Source of the DNA: Girardia tigrina
Lineage: Eukaryota
Length of the DNA stretch: 56,600 nucleotides
Assembly (NCBI GenBank): GCA_001938485.1
Contig: MQRK01245662.1
Coordinates: forward strand, 17,595-74,194
Reading direction: 5' to 3'
Numbering within the stretch: position 1 is the stretch's first letter; the number at the start of each line of letters is the position of its first letter. Below the pieces are notes generated by a model. It did no database searches. It was not told the DNA's origin and saw nothing but the letters and a program-made list of their open reading frames with translations. Below, one piece after another: positions 1-12,821 of this stretch. A program made the translations under genes and the position numbers.

Positions 1-951
1 CGAAAAAAATTAATAGATTAATTTGGGTCGAGATAATTAAATTAAATTAACAGGAAAATTTGTTTTAGAAATGTGAATTGTTATAGTAATAAATTTTTGG
101 TGGTGTTAAATTATGGCTTAAGAATGTGATAATAATGAAAGTGGCATAAACGCTACTTACATTATTAATAAGAAATTTTCCAAAATGTAATATTTATAAA
201 TATTACTTATGCAAAATTTTAATCTATGAATAAATAGAGATATCATAAATAAATTCTCAAAAAATAATTGTAAATAAAAGAAATATCGAAATAAATTATA
301 GATTAAATAAAAGAAATTATTTTATTTAATTTCTAATACTACTTGTACAAATTGGAAAACAATTTTTTGTACATTTTTGCGTTGAAAAGAATTAATCTCT
401 CTATGTTTCAATTATTCGAATCGGAAAAAGTTTAATTTTAATGCGTTTAAAAAAAATAAATATAAAGCAATTTTCAAATAAAAAAATATTTAAATTAGTT
501 TAAATATTACAAAAATCGAATATTTCCATAAAATTAATCGGTAAGAATTATTTGGAAGAAATACAATTTTTAAATTTGTCACAAAATTTGATTTAGAAAT
601 ATTTTATGTATGTTAAAATACTTTTGTGTTTGACCTTTAAAAGTCGTGATCTTTTATCGAATTTAAGAATACTTTCGAATTCAAAACATGAATTAAAAAC
701 AGTACAATAACATATCTTAATCGGAGAATCTTGTTAATAATAAATATAAATATAATCTCAATAGAAATGTTGTGTCATTTAGAAATTCGTTTGGTGTAAA
801 TAAATTTTAATTCATCTTCCAAATATAATTAGTATTTTTTGTACAATTAGAACAGACATATGAAACACTTCAGTAATTATTTCGAGATATAACATTTATA
901 TCATCTAAAGCATTTTAAATTTTGTGAAACATTTAATATAACACAACTCTA

Positions 952-2380
952 ATGGCAGGTAATCAATTCGAATGACTCAAGAAAGATTGTTTAATTCTTT
1001 GAAAATAAGAAGAAATATTGAATTTACAATCGATGGTGATTGTGACAGAGATATGCTTTGTGTGATTTGTGAGAATGTATTGATGAATGCTCATTGTGGT
1101 CCTTGTGGGTGTCGATATTGCCTAGATTGTGTGAGAGAATATTTGAACGGAGAAGAGAAGATGTGTCCAGGGAATACAGACGAATGCCACGAGGAATTAT
1201 TGGATATTGATAGAAATGTTTGTGTAGATGAACTGATTAATATACAGCTTTCCAGAGTGATTGTGAAATGTCCTCATTTTAATTGTCAGTTCAAAGATGA
1301 AGTGAGGAGAATACAAAGTCACTTTGAAAAATGTGGTTCTTTATCAACGACTTTAATGTTTCAAAATGGGAACATTAGCGATTCGAATACATTCAGTGAT
1401 GTTCAGAGAGACAAAATTCTGAGAGAGGTTTTATTACAATCAAAATCAATGCAAGAATCAATGAACGATATGAGAAATGAAATGAATTTACTGAAGAAAG
1501 ATCTGAGTGATTTGAAAAAAGAAAATGTGAATTTGAAAAAGGAAATTGAATCAATGAAGAGAGATAAAATTATTGAAAAGTAAATATTGATTAAATTTGA
1601 AACTCATTGATATAATTATTTCAGAAAATTATTGACGACAATCGATCAGAAAATGTGAGAGAAATTCGTGAGTTACAAAAGAAACTGGAGGAAGCACAAA
1701 ATATTCTCAAAGAAGAACAAGTATCGATTTTAATATTTGAATCGTTTTGATTTTTTGTTCAGATAAAATCGAATAAGAAATATGAGGATATAAATGGAAA
1801 ATTAATTGATTTAAAATAGATATTGACATCAAGAAATAAATCGATCTCAGATTTAGAAAATAACGTGAGATTGATGAAGAATTTCAAGGAAAAATTCGGA
1901 GAATTTGTGTGGAGAATCGATAAATGGAGTCATAAATTAGAACAAGCGCGAGCGGGAATTACTGAAGATTTATACAGTGAAGCATTTTATTCTCACAGAA
2001 ACGGATATAAAATGTGTCTCTGTGTGTTTCCTAGTGGAGATGGTGTTGGTAAAGGAACTCATTTGAGTGTTTATTTTCATTTGATTCCAGGAGAATTCGA
2101 CGATATTTTATCGTGGCCCTTCAAACACGACGTAATATTTGAGCTGATCAATCAGCACTCGACACAAGCTCATATCACAGATGAGATTAAATATTTGAAT
2201 AATCAGGGACATGTAGTATATCAAAAGCCGATAATTATATGTAATATAAAATTTTTAAATATTTGACGTAGTAATCCAAAATTCGTCTCATTGAACGAAT
2301 TATCGAATAATCTCTCATTGATCGATAAAGATCGAATAATCATCAGATGCAGAGTTAAGATCGATGCAGATCTGATTTAG
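952..2380 (+). pseudogene. TRAF-family pseudogene (RING, TRAF zinc finger, coiled coil, MATH); 3 exons: ~952/972-1579, 1625-1720, 1763-2380
   Basis: RING CVICENV...CGCRYCLDC, TRAF-type ZF CPHFNC...HFEKC, coiled coil, and MATH domain FVWRIDKW...YSEAFYSHRNGYKMCL...GKGTHLSVYF...WPF...PKFVS...IIRCRV. GT-AG introns at 1580-1624 and 1721-1762. Lesions: phase mismatch at donor 1, in-frame TAG 1817-1819, in-frame TGA 2264-2266 (the frame continues to TAG at 2378-2380), upstream ATG 952 one base out of frame. Confidence 0.88.
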
Positions 2381-2791
2381 GTGCGCCTCAAAAGCTCTCT
2401 CAATTATCGATTGAAATTTGTGATTGGATGTAAAACGTGTTGTGATAAATAGAAATATAATTTAATCGATTTATTTGTCATTTACTTTCTGATAGAAATA
2501 ATTTATTCTTTAACCCCAACCAAAAAATGAAGATGAGTGAATCAAATACAAATTGTAGATCGATTATATTCGCTGATGAAAATTCTTTTTATTTGTGTGT
2601 AGTTTAAATTAATTGAGCTTTATATGTATTTAAATTAATTCTTTTATTATCGATTTTATTTTTTATTAATTAATTTTGATTTATTTCTAATTATTTTTTA
2701 TTTATTTATTAAAAAATTATTTTACATTTATTTTTATTATTTGTAAATATTATTTTATATTTTTAATTTTCGCGAAATTGTTGTTAATTCA

Positions 2792-2828
2792 GCCTGAAGA
2801 TGGGGGAAAATCCACCGAAATATATTGC
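2792..2828 (+). ncRNA. Minimal type-I hammerhead ribozyme, PLE-associated (HHR1)
   Basis: gc-CTGAAGA-T-GGGGGA aaa TCCACC-GAA-ATATAT-T-gc: intact core, stem II, palindromic stem III, 2-bp stem I. Confidence 0.8.
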
Positions 2829-2916
2829 AATAAAATTTGATTTTAATGGCGTTCTTAATTAATTTAAAACTATTTACTTTATTTAAATTTTAATATGAAT
2901 TTAAATTTTAATAATT

Positions 2917-4320
2917 TTAAATTTGAAACGATTTAATATTTATTATTAACCATTTCTTGGTTTTCCCAGTTTTGATATCTGATCTAATCTGTTTTATCAC
3001 GTCATTATCTTTCTGCCATTTGAATCCTTTGGATTCATCGTCTAACGCTAGAATTCTTGTTTTAACTTTACCCTTCTTAGGTTCCTCATGCATAGTTTGA
3101 CATTGTACACACATTTCACAGGAATTTCTCTACATTGCATCGGCGTTAGAGTGTTTTTCACCTTTCCGGTATTCCATTGTCATATCCAACCCACTTAGAA
3201 AGTTTATCCAAATTTGAAATTTCGAAGTGATTGAGTTCTTTTTTCGTCATCATAAAGGTAATGGCTTTATGATCCGTTCTTAATAGAAATTTCTTGCCAG
3301 ACAAATAGTGCTTGAAGTGTTGTGTAAAATAGTAGATTGCCAACAGTTCTTTTCTCGTAATACAGTATCCCAATACATGTTTGTTCATTTTGTGGGATCC
3401 ATACGCAATCACTCTTTATCTTCCATACATATCTTTCTGCGATAGCACCGCGCCAATGGTGTCAAAACTAGCGTCCGTGTCCAATATGAATTCTTTTCCG
3501 AAATCTGGGTATTGTTGTATAATCTAGGTATAATCTGGGTATAATCTAGTATTGTTGTATTGATTATCTTTTCCTTTAATTTTTGAAACGCTTTGTTGCG
3601 TTCTTCCGTCCATATTAGCTTTTTTTCTTTATTCTTTCCGCATAGTCCTTCCAATACTTTTGAATACTTTGCATAATCTTTTAGGAATTTCCTGTAATAG
3701 TTCGTTAAACTTAAAAAGCTTCTCAAATGTTTTACACATGAAGGATTCTGAAACTTACTAATCGCAACAATCTTTGTCTGATCTGTTTCTATGCCATCTC
3801 TACTGATCACATATCCCGAAAACTTTGTCTTTTCAACCAAAAAGTGACATTTATCTGGATTAATTCTCAGACCCCATTGCTTTATTTTACTAAATACGTG
3901 TTCAATTCGTCTGATGTGTTCTTCCTTGTCTTTTGCAAAAATTAATATGTCGTCTAAATACACAACTGCCTCTTTCCAATTTAATTCACTCAAAACTCTT
4001 ACCATTAGTTCTTAAAACGTTGCTGGTGCCGCTGCAATTCCAAATGGCATTCTCTTGAAACAGTATTGGCCATCCTTTGTTGAAAATGCTGTTTTGACTT
4101 TTGATTCATCTTCAAGTTCCACTTGATGGTATGCGTTTCCTAAATCGATTGTGCTAAAATACTTTGCTCCATTTAGTGTATTCAGCATTTCCTCAACATT
4201 TGGCATTGAGAATGCAGGTCTAACGGTGATTTTATTCAATTGTCGAAAATCTACACACACTCAAATGTCAATTTCTCCTTTTTCCAAACACTAACTAGAG
4301 GGGAATTCCGTGGTGACCTG
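2917..4320 (-). mobile_element. Decayed Ty3/Gypsy pol fragment (RT, RNase H)
   Basis: SPxNSPLV, CVDFRQLN, YFSTIDL, MPFG, VYLDDIL, ELLAI and LRTDHKAI motifs across frameshifted ORFs 4012-4260, 3409-4005 and 3158-3412. Confidence 0.93.
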
Positions 4321-4333
4321 CATTTTTTCTATT

Positions 4334-4860
4334 TGAGGAATGTTTTAAATGTTTGATGTTTTGTGTTTGAATGTTGTATGTTGATTTAGAATTGTGTCTC
4401 TCCTACCCAGATTGATGATTGATATTTGAATTCTTATTATCTAAAAAAATGTAATTTATTTTTTATTTCAAATAATTTTAAAATTTTAAATAAGATAATT
4501 TAGTTTTACAATTTGTAATAAATAAATCAAATTAAGATTTTTAAAATAATAATTAAACATTTTAATTTTTATCCAATAAGTTTTGAGTAAATATTTTAAT
4601 AAATTAACTATTTCTCCATTTGCTAAACAAATTATAAGAATTAACTAATTAGTCAATTTAGTTTACCTTGCACTCGTATGAAAGTTTTGACAAAGATTGT
4701 CTTAAGGAAGATCCAAATTGTTTTGTAAATAAAAATCCGAAAATTCAAATCGGTGTTATTAATATTCATTAATATCGTTTTTTTCATAATTTCGATTAAT
4801 ATTGTTTAGTTTTTCCTCGAAATGTTTTGGTTTTCGATAAGGTTTCACTAAAACTTCACT
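4334..4860 (+). repeat. Unclassified dispersed repeat terminus, copy A
   Basis: TGAGGAAT at 4334, TGTGTCTCTCCTACCCAGATTG at 4393-4414, then an AT-rich tract alignable by eye to copies C and F. Confidence 0.65.
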
Positions 4861-4898
4861 AAAAATAAATTTTAAATAAAAGTATTAAAAAATAAGTT

Positions 4899-6500
4899 TG
4901 TTTTAATTAACAAGATAAAATAAGAATTATTTATCTTTTTATCAAATTAAATATAAATAAGTAAATTAAAATAAATAAAAAAGATAAATAAGTTAGTTAG
5001 AATAAAAGGGTAATTTTTATACTGAAATAATTAGATTATTTTAGAAATAAATAGAAAAATTTTTAAATTAACGAAGTAATATAAAAAGAGGCTTAATTAT
5101 TTAATTGAACGCCCATACTGACTCTAAAAAAGAAAAGGAAACAAGAAAATTTTTATTAAAGCCAGAAATCATTTCTCGTAGAACAATTTTTATTTCCCGT
5201 AGAACAATTTTATTGTTGTGAAAATTAGCTCAACCGCATAACAGTTGATAAGAGCTAATATAAAACGTGAAATCGTCGTTAACAAAGTTGACAGAAGACA
5301 GAGAACTGAAAACTGAAATCTGAAAGTACGAACAGTAGAACTTAAAATATAATTTATATATTTCCGTAAATATATTTTTATATATTTTTAGTAAAATTCT
5401 CTGTGGGCAAAAGAATCATCTTTTCTCACGCTACCAAAAATAAAAAATCCTAAATAGGATAAGTTGCTTTTAAATATTCTTGATTAAATCACCGATCAGA
5501 TTTTAGATTGTATATAACCAATAAATATTTAAATACAAGTCTTGTTTGTTTTAACTTCCTTTCACATTTTAAAAACTCACCTTGTATCCTAACAAATTTG
5601 GCGCCCAATGTGGGCTCGATTTTGAAAAATATTAAATATTTGAAATTTGGTAATTTTGTTTTCAAGTACAGGCAGATCACAAATAATACATGTAGTGAAA
5701 TTTACATAAAATAAATTGTAAAAATAGATTATACACGTACAATTATCACACGGAGTATAACACGAAGTATGTCCAATAACGAGAATAAAAATTAAAAACC
5801 TCAATTAAAATCATTAGAATTTTTACCTTTAGAGCCAGTTTCAGGAAAGCCTGAAGAATTTGATAAGTATTTTAAGGATTATAAAAGCTATGCAAACGCG
5901 AGCGGTTGGGGAGAAACCGAGATGGCGCGTAGATTGCCTCTTTATTTAAAGGGATATACCATACAAGCTTTTAATGCATCCGAGCCAATGACGACTATTG
6001 ATAAAATTATTGAGAAATATAGGTCTATTATAGTTGTAGACGTCGAATTAGGAAAGATATACGTGCATAATTTTAGAAATAGGAGGCAGAAACAAAATGA
6101 AAATGTTACGGAAAATAGTTTTGCGCTAAAAGAATTAGTCGAAAAAGCATTTGGAAAGGATACTAAAGTGGGATCAATAATTATTGACCATTTTTAAATG
6201 GTATCCATGGACATATTAGAGATGCTCTAGTTTTAGCAGATTATAAGGATTTTGATGAATTGATACAAAAAGCCCGACTGGTTGAATTGAATAATTTGAA
6301 TAAAAGTAAACCTATAGAAATTGGAGCAACAGGCCCAATATTTAAAAATGTAGATTCGATAAATAATCAACAGTCCGGTGGCAGGGCTGATGGCAATTCC
6401 TCGAATCGATATAATAATAACAATAGAAATAATTCATACCAAAATGGTGGAAATAATTACTGAAAAAATAATCGAGAAAATAGTCGAGGATATAGTAATT
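4899..6500 (+). mobile_element. 5' part of an LTR retrotransposon: LTR, tRNA-Lys PBS, decayed gag
   Basis: LTR ends ...CCTAACA at 5594; PBS TGGCGCCCAATGTGGGCTCGA from 5599 matches the tRNA-Lys(CTT) 3' end; gag-like frameshifted ORF 5769-6500 (YANASGWGETEMARRLPLYLKG). Left LTR boundary approximate. Confidence 0.8.
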
Positions 6501-6924
6501 TTTTAAACGTTTAAACGGTCTTCGTTTAGCAAATTAAACGTTTAAAATTTTAATTATAAGCTTCATTAAAAACAATACCTTTTCTTCAATACAATACATC
6601 TCGTTTTTAAAACTTTTGTTTTCGAAAAAATTTAGAAAGTTAAATATAATTTAAATAATTTTACATCTATCAAAAAAATTTACCGGAAATTTTGATGCAA
6701 TTCTCAAATATGATATTAATGCCACTTTTCATATTTTGTATTTATAGTCCCACAAAAAGCTCAATAGATTGGGACAATGTGTTCTTTTCGAATGAATATA
6801 CCTTAGGTAGCGTGATAAGTTTCAAGAGTTTTGAAATACGAACTTAATAACTATACGCTCGTTTATAAATCGCTAAACGTCTTAAAAATTGAAAACGTTT
6901 AAACGTGAAACGTGCACACCTCTA
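6500..6924. mobile_element. hAT-like MITE remnant, one intact end
   Basis: Right end ...AAACGTTTAAACGTGAAACGTGCACACCTCTA; AAACGTTT subterminal repeats near both ends. Confidence 0.5.
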
Positions 6925-6952
6925 TATACAAGTGAATTGATTATTAATTAGT

Positions 6953-6991
6953 GACCTGAAGATGACGATAGATCCGTTGAAATATATTGTC
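6953..6991 (+). ncRNA. Minimal hammerhead ribozyme (HHR2)
   Basis: gac-CTGAAGA-T-GACG atagatc CGTT-GAA-ATATAT-T-gtc; 3-bp stem I gac/gtc. Confidence 0.8.
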
Positions 6992-7883
6992 TATAAATAT
7001 ATTTTTTTAATGGATGAGTGTTGTTTTTAATATATTTATTGTTTTTAATTTTCTTTACTTTAGATTATTTTATGATTCGTATGTGACTTTTGGGTGTGGG
7101 AAAAATGTTTTTTTTCTAAAGTTCCTCGTGAGTCATATATGACTCATTGGACAGTTAAGATGTTAAATTCAGAATTATTTATTATTTTAAAACGATTATA
7201 ATTTATTACCCATGTGACTACTATGGGTCGCTAGGGACTCGAAGTCAGCTTTAACCATGTACAGATATATTATTTTATAATTTAAGCTACTGAAACCTAA
7301 TGATATTCACGAAGTACTATAGCAGAGTATGACTCTTATAAAACCGTTTGTCACTAAACACTGAAAGTTATACTGTTCAAAAAATATTTAAACTAATTTT
7401 GCTTGGGGTCATTAGACATCTCAATAGTACTTAGAATTTTCAATTGATTTCTATCGACAACCCTCAACAAATAATCTTTCCCTTCCTTTTTGATTTTAGT
7501 TTTTTACCGGCCGTCAATTTCATTATTTATAATCACATTTAATGAGACGTCAACTAAAGGTTGAGCACCATATGTAAAAACCAATTGAAACATATTTCTT
7601 CTAAATAGTCAATAATTTCTTATACATATAAAACTGAGTAATATCAACATTTAATCAATAATAAAGAGTAATATCTATATTTAATCAATAACATCACAAC
7701 AGATCGCACATCTTCGTAAAAATCAAAATTTCATTCATGACAACTAAGTATCACCATAGGAAAAGAGAGAACCGCACATTTACGATCCAAAGTGAACAGA
7801 CAAATTCACTTTTATATATCATCACCAAAAAAAGAAAAGTGCTCACTAAATGTTAACTTGAAAATTACTTAAATAGTAAAATC

Positions 7884-8048
7884 TCAGGCGTCATGAGTGC
7901 TGGTAGTACTAGCATCCGCGAGAGCGGAAGCTGCAGCAGCTTGGCGAGCGATTTGTAAGTTCCTAGCGGCTCTAATGGCACCAATGCTACTCCTGTGCAT
8001 ATCTTGCCGCTGATCATTTGTCATTCTGAACGCATCGATCACCCGTAT
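7884..8048 (-). CDS. PMCA: PMCA alternative terminal exon, distal (IRVIDAFRMTNDQRQDMHRSSIGAIRAARNLQIARQAAAASALADASTTSTHDA*)
   Basis: ttttcag acceptor, phase 0. IRVIDAFR matches the second half of the PMCA calmodulin-binding domain (IRVVxAF). Confidence 0.85.
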   Translation of the reverse strand: MRVIDAFRMTNDQRQDMHRSSIGAIRAARNLQIARQAAAASALADASTTSTHDA

Positions 8049-8349
8049 CTGAAAATGTTTAGGAAATATAATGCTACTGAAAGTAAACTGGTTTGATTTA
8101 CTGAGAGATCAATTTGTTACATACTTGCATGCTACCCTCAACTATAAAAAACCGTTTACCAAGCATATCCAGTACTCGCAGAAATCATCAACTAATAGAT
8201 TTAAATACAGATATTAGTAATCATGCTCATATGCAGATGAAGAGGAAATATGGCTACTTCTAGTATCGGTCAATCATATACACATAAGTGTCAAAGAGGC
8301 TAATCCTCTTCCACACAGTCTCTAAGATAATGATGAAAATAATCCAGCA

Positions 8350-8676
8350 TCACGAGAACTCAGTGCTGAGACTCCTTGTCTCTTTTAGTCGTGAAATATT
8401 TAAATGAGGCAGTTGATGATGAAATTGCTGATGCAAATTTGGATTTTGATATGAATTGAAAAATTGTTGTGATCTAGTAGTGTTGGCACCAAGTAGATCA
8501 TGTTGGGAGTTTTGGATTGAACAATGCACTGGACTAACGGAATCGGCCGACAAAGGGCGCGGATGCGACAGACTCGTCCTCAATCGCAAGCGTCTTTGTT
8601 GCCAAAGCTGTAACTTTTGTTGGTCAAAAGAATGTCCTTCCTCCAACGTACATTTGAAAGCTCGCACGACTTTCAA
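8350..8676 (-). CDS. PMCA: PMCA alternative terminal exon, proximal (LKVVRAFKCTLEE...SLSTEFS*)
   Basis: ttttag acceptor at 8677-8678, phase 0. LKVVRAF matches the second half of the CaM-binding domain; 108 open codons. Confidence 0.85.
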   Translation of the reverse strand: MKVVRAFKCTLEEGHSFDQQKLQLWQQRRLRLRTSLSHPRPLSADSVSPVHCSIQNSQHDLLGANTTRSQQFFNSYQNPNLHQQFHHQLPHLNISRLKETRSLSTEFS

Positions 8677-8937
8677 CTAAAATCATATATAAAACATAAT
8701 TTGATTCCATTAGAAAATAAATTTCACATGACAAACCATAAAAAACAAAAGCTTTGAAAAATAAATTAATTGTTTTTTTTCAATAATAGTTGAGCACTGT
8801 CTTTCATAAATTAAGACTCAATACTTTGATTATAATTAAAAAATATAGAAAATAAAGATAATATAAATAAAAATTTAAAATAATGAAAAAATATAATTTA
8901 CGTTTATTAAAACAAGAATAATATTTTTCAAAACCTT

Positions 8938-9467
8938 TGTTTTATTGTGCGAGAACAAATATTGAATGGGACAACAATACGAGTCGAATGTGTTGCACTG
9001 TTTCACGACTGAGTAAAGAAGAAATACGATTGTCTTTAGAGACGATTGAAACAAACAGAATCCGACAATTCATTCAAACAACAAGAAAAACCAAGATTCG
9101 TGTAGGCAGAGTTCATGTTACATCTGTCTTTCAAAGATCCTCTCCTCAGGATCCTTCGGCTACCCCAGAACTCTAATCATTTTAACAAGAAAAGGAGAGT
9201 GCTTGCGTAAAGCATATTGCATATCGTTCTTGTGAAGAACAACAATCTGACTCTTGTCTTGGATTCCCCGGAGACTCAGTTCTCCTGGGACTGCGCAATG
9301 GCTCTTCTCAGGATATCACAAAGAGGTCAACGGATCCCGCAGAAACAAATCTTGGGGATAAACATGCTTCGATTTCCCTTAAGCATTTTTACAAACAAAC
9401 TAAAGCGAATACATTTATTTTATATCGAATTTATTGATAATTTAAACAAAGAAAAATATTAATTACA
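8938..9467. mobile_element. Possible solo LTR
   Basis: GC-richer island bounded by TG...CA, with an AATACATTTATTTTAT tail resembling the solo LTR at 35796-36095; no clear TSD. Confidence 0.3.
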
Positions 9468-11402
9468 TTTAAATTGAAAAGGTTCTTTTGGAAACTCAAT
9501 GCATCAATTTATAAAAATTATTTTAGGAAATATATATGTTATGACCCCCTCCATCAAACATCCCCTGTCCATACTAACTAGGCGTGTTTTATAGCAACTG
9601 CTCTATGAACTACTCCAAGTCAAAGGTTTTGTGTTAAATGTTCGTTCATGGAAAAACAATATTAAACAGAGAATTGAAACAGAACAGAAATTGAAACCCA
9701 TCTAGCCTTCAGATTAGGATTCAGGGAATGAATGGGGGACCATTTCACTCAGAAAATACCTACAATAAGTCTTTTTTGAAGCAAAGCTTATAAAAAATCC
9801 CTATAAATTCGAAATGTACTGTAAATGATCTCTCATCACAAGGTCAAAAAATGTATCTTACTTTACACTTATTAAATCCTTTATGATTTTGATTGTTTTC
9901 CTCATTAGACATATTTTAGTGCGTCCCTTAAGAGAGGATATGTAAGAGCGAGATGTGATGAATTAACAATTGTCTATGATTCTTTTATATGTATAATAAA
10001 ATAAATTTCAGGGACTTGTTGATTGTATGACTGTAATCGGAGTTAGAAGCGGATAAAACAGTTTTATATATAAGAAAGTTACCATGACTAAATAAATAAT
10101 AAATCTTTTATTTGACTTAAACTATTTATTATTATCAGTCATCATTAAAATTTATGAATAACCAAGAGACAAAAAATAACATTTAATAAATTCTATACAT
10201 ATTCATTGATAAAATTAACTAAATTTGAGTAACAAAAACCCTAATAAGCATAGTATTTTTTCTAACCTTATATCATAATTTTAAACTACATTAAAATTCG
10301 ACTATCAAAAATTATATTGTTTTCTATTATATGGCAGAGATTGCATAAACGAACAAAGTGATTCAACCAATCAAAATAAAGCATTTGGCAAAATAGGTGC
10401 CATGACCAGCCACACTGACCCGTCTCAATTACAGAACACGCATTTCATTCGACTGATAATTGTAACGCAAAGAACACTTTCGAAGAATCATAAATAAACT
10501 AAAATTCTTTTACTATACAGTATAACCTCTACATTTGGCAAAAAATGAGAAACGCCAAAACAGAGTTCTTAACATCTCCATTATCTTTTTCTCCAATTTT
10601 ATATTCCAATAATGTATCAATTTCACTCTAAGTAATCATAAAAAATCTTCTTCCTCCATAAGATCTGAAATATCTACATTAAAATATTAAAACTCAATTT
10701 AGAGTGTTTCGATTGATTTTCAAAAGATTGTTTTTTAAAGGTGCGTAAAAGGGAAATTTAGCCAATTTCAGTTTTTTGCAATCATCAAATATAAAATTTC
10801 ATATCATATATGTGTATGTATCAGGAATGAAAATGTATATTGCTTGCAAGATTATCCCTCCCTTTATATGTTTATTGTTTTTACCTATACATAGATGTTT
10901 ACTTATTCCTTTCAATCTATTGTCGATACCATTGTAGTACAGCTTGATTTATTACTGACTTTGTTGTCTCTGTCTGGCAAGAATAATAACATTGTTTCCG
11001 GTGCTGAGATTGTACTGAAGATCAAAGATGGAGAAAGAGTGTGTGTAATTGCTTTTATTTGTGGTAAAATATACGCAAATAATATATATGTATTATCTTT
11101 TTCATTCCAATGTTCAATATAAGCTAACAAGTCTAAAGATTGTAAGATGAGTCTAGGATCAAATATTAAAAAAATCTACAACTCAAACCGAAAGTATTGG
11201 AATAAATCATTCACAGATGAATAAGATAGGTTTTATTTAGCAAAATTTTATTCATATAATTATGAAAATAATACGTAATGGCTAATTTTAGTTTAACCAA
11301 ATATTAAAAAGAAAAAACATTTTCAAATAGAGCCTTTATTGCATGATTGATTACATAATCACCTTTCTCATATATAAGCTGCAAAAAGCCAGTGTTAATT
11401 TA

Positions 11403-11439
11403 GTCTGAAGATAGCGGGTAATCCGCCGAAATTAATTAC
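11403..11439 (+). ncRNA. Minimal hammerhead ribozyme (HHR3)
   Basis: gt-CTGAAGA-T-AGCGGG taa TCCGCC-GAA-ATTAAT-T-ac; the palindrome changes to ATTAAT and stem I to gt/ac. Confidence 0.78.
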
Positions 11440-11868
11440 AAAAATAAATTGTGAAACATGGCGTTCACTTTTTAATAATGAATATCAATTGCCATTATTT
11501 TTTACATTCCTTAGTAAACAGAAAAAACTTAAAAAAATTAAAGACTTCATATAATGTAATTTATCCTCATATTTATACTTAATATTATACTGAATTCGAG
11601 GAGGAATTTTTGTTCTCTCAATGAAGAACCCCTGAAGATATTCTGAGAACGACATATACAATTTATTTTCTACGCGAAATAATCGTGTATTTAATAAAAA
11701 TGAAAAGAAATGTCATTGCTCATTAAATTTATTTTCAATACAAACTGACATCTTCATTGTTATGAATATAAAGTGATTAATTGTTGCAATGACAAAAATT
11801 ATTACGCCATATGCATTTAAAACAAACTTTAACGTGATTGGACCTTCACATTATTTTATTATGCTTTA

Positions 11869-12435
11869 CAGGGTTTTCAACTTAATTTAATCCGGTGTAT
11901 AAATAATTTAATCCGTGCATTATTTATACATGATTTTTATGTGTTTCAAATTTAAAAATAAAAATAAGAAAAAAGTCCTTAATGCTTTTGATTTAAATGT
12001 TTTAAAATATAAAATTTTAGTTACAAAACCCATGTAATGCAAAATATCAATGTTTTAAACAAATGCAAACGTATCTGATGATGAACGGTGTCTTATTTTA
12101 TAAAATACGAAGAAGAGCACAAATAGTGAGGAATTAAGGGCTGCAATAAAGCAAAGCGCAGATTTTATATCTGAAAACGATGTAAAAATTATTTTCAACA
12201 TATGCACAAATTTGCAGTTAAAGGAATAAGAAGAGAATAATTTTGTTACAGTAATAAATGTAATTAATGTAACTGATTTGTTTTGTTTTTCTAATTTATA
12301 TGTTAAAATATATTGTATGTAATTCTATTTTTTCTTGTTTTTTTTTGTAAAAATGAAAAACACATGAAAAGCATGTATAAATAATGCATGGATTAAATTA
12401 TTTGCACACCGGATTAAATTAAGTGGAAAAACCTG
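11869..12435 (+). mobile_element. Tc1/IS630-type non-autonomous element with ~80-bp TIRs
   Basis: TA-CAGGGTTTTCAACTTAATTTAATCCGGTGT... is inverted at 12358-12435. The interior holds a transposase C-terminal-like remnant (ELRAAIKQSADFISEND). Confidence 0.75.
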
Positions 12436-12746
12436 TTTGATCAATGATTCGTTTCAATAATCCTTTGATAATTTGTATAAAATTATTTAAAATCTTTATT
12501 TTGATCTTGACATCTTTGAATATTGGGTAAAATCGAACTACTTCAACTCGATTGTGTATGTTCTGAAATACTAGCAGTAAGATAATTTTTTATAAAGTTG
12601 GTTTGTATTATCAATAAATTTAATTGTAAATAGATTTTTGCACGTTTGTTTCGTTATTTTGAAAGTTCAGTGCTATGAACGTTACGTATGAAGATGACAC
12701 AAGTAGGCAGTAACAAGCCTTAGGGTAAATTACGTGACTAAACGAC

Positions 12747-12821
12747 TCATGGTCTATTATTTAGGAGTCTACTAAAAATTATGGCCGCTCGCCTTCTCTT
12801 TTCGATAGTGCCAGTATTTTC
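12747..12821 (-). CDS. PMCA: Candidate additional PMCA alternative terminal exon
   Basis: ttttttgattcag acceptor. Phase 0 reads ENTGTIEKRRRAAIIFSRLLNNRP*; if joined after the 71-nt exon it reads KILALSKREGERP*. No homology support. Confidence 0.35.
   Translation of the reverse strand, partial: ENTGTIEKRRRAAIIFSRLLNNRP

Noticed and set aside
1817-2266. Stop-codon readthrough or an alternative genetic code in TRAF
   Set aside because: Two different stops plus frameshifts occur, and PMCA and the transposase use the standard code, so pseudogenisation is the simpler explanation.
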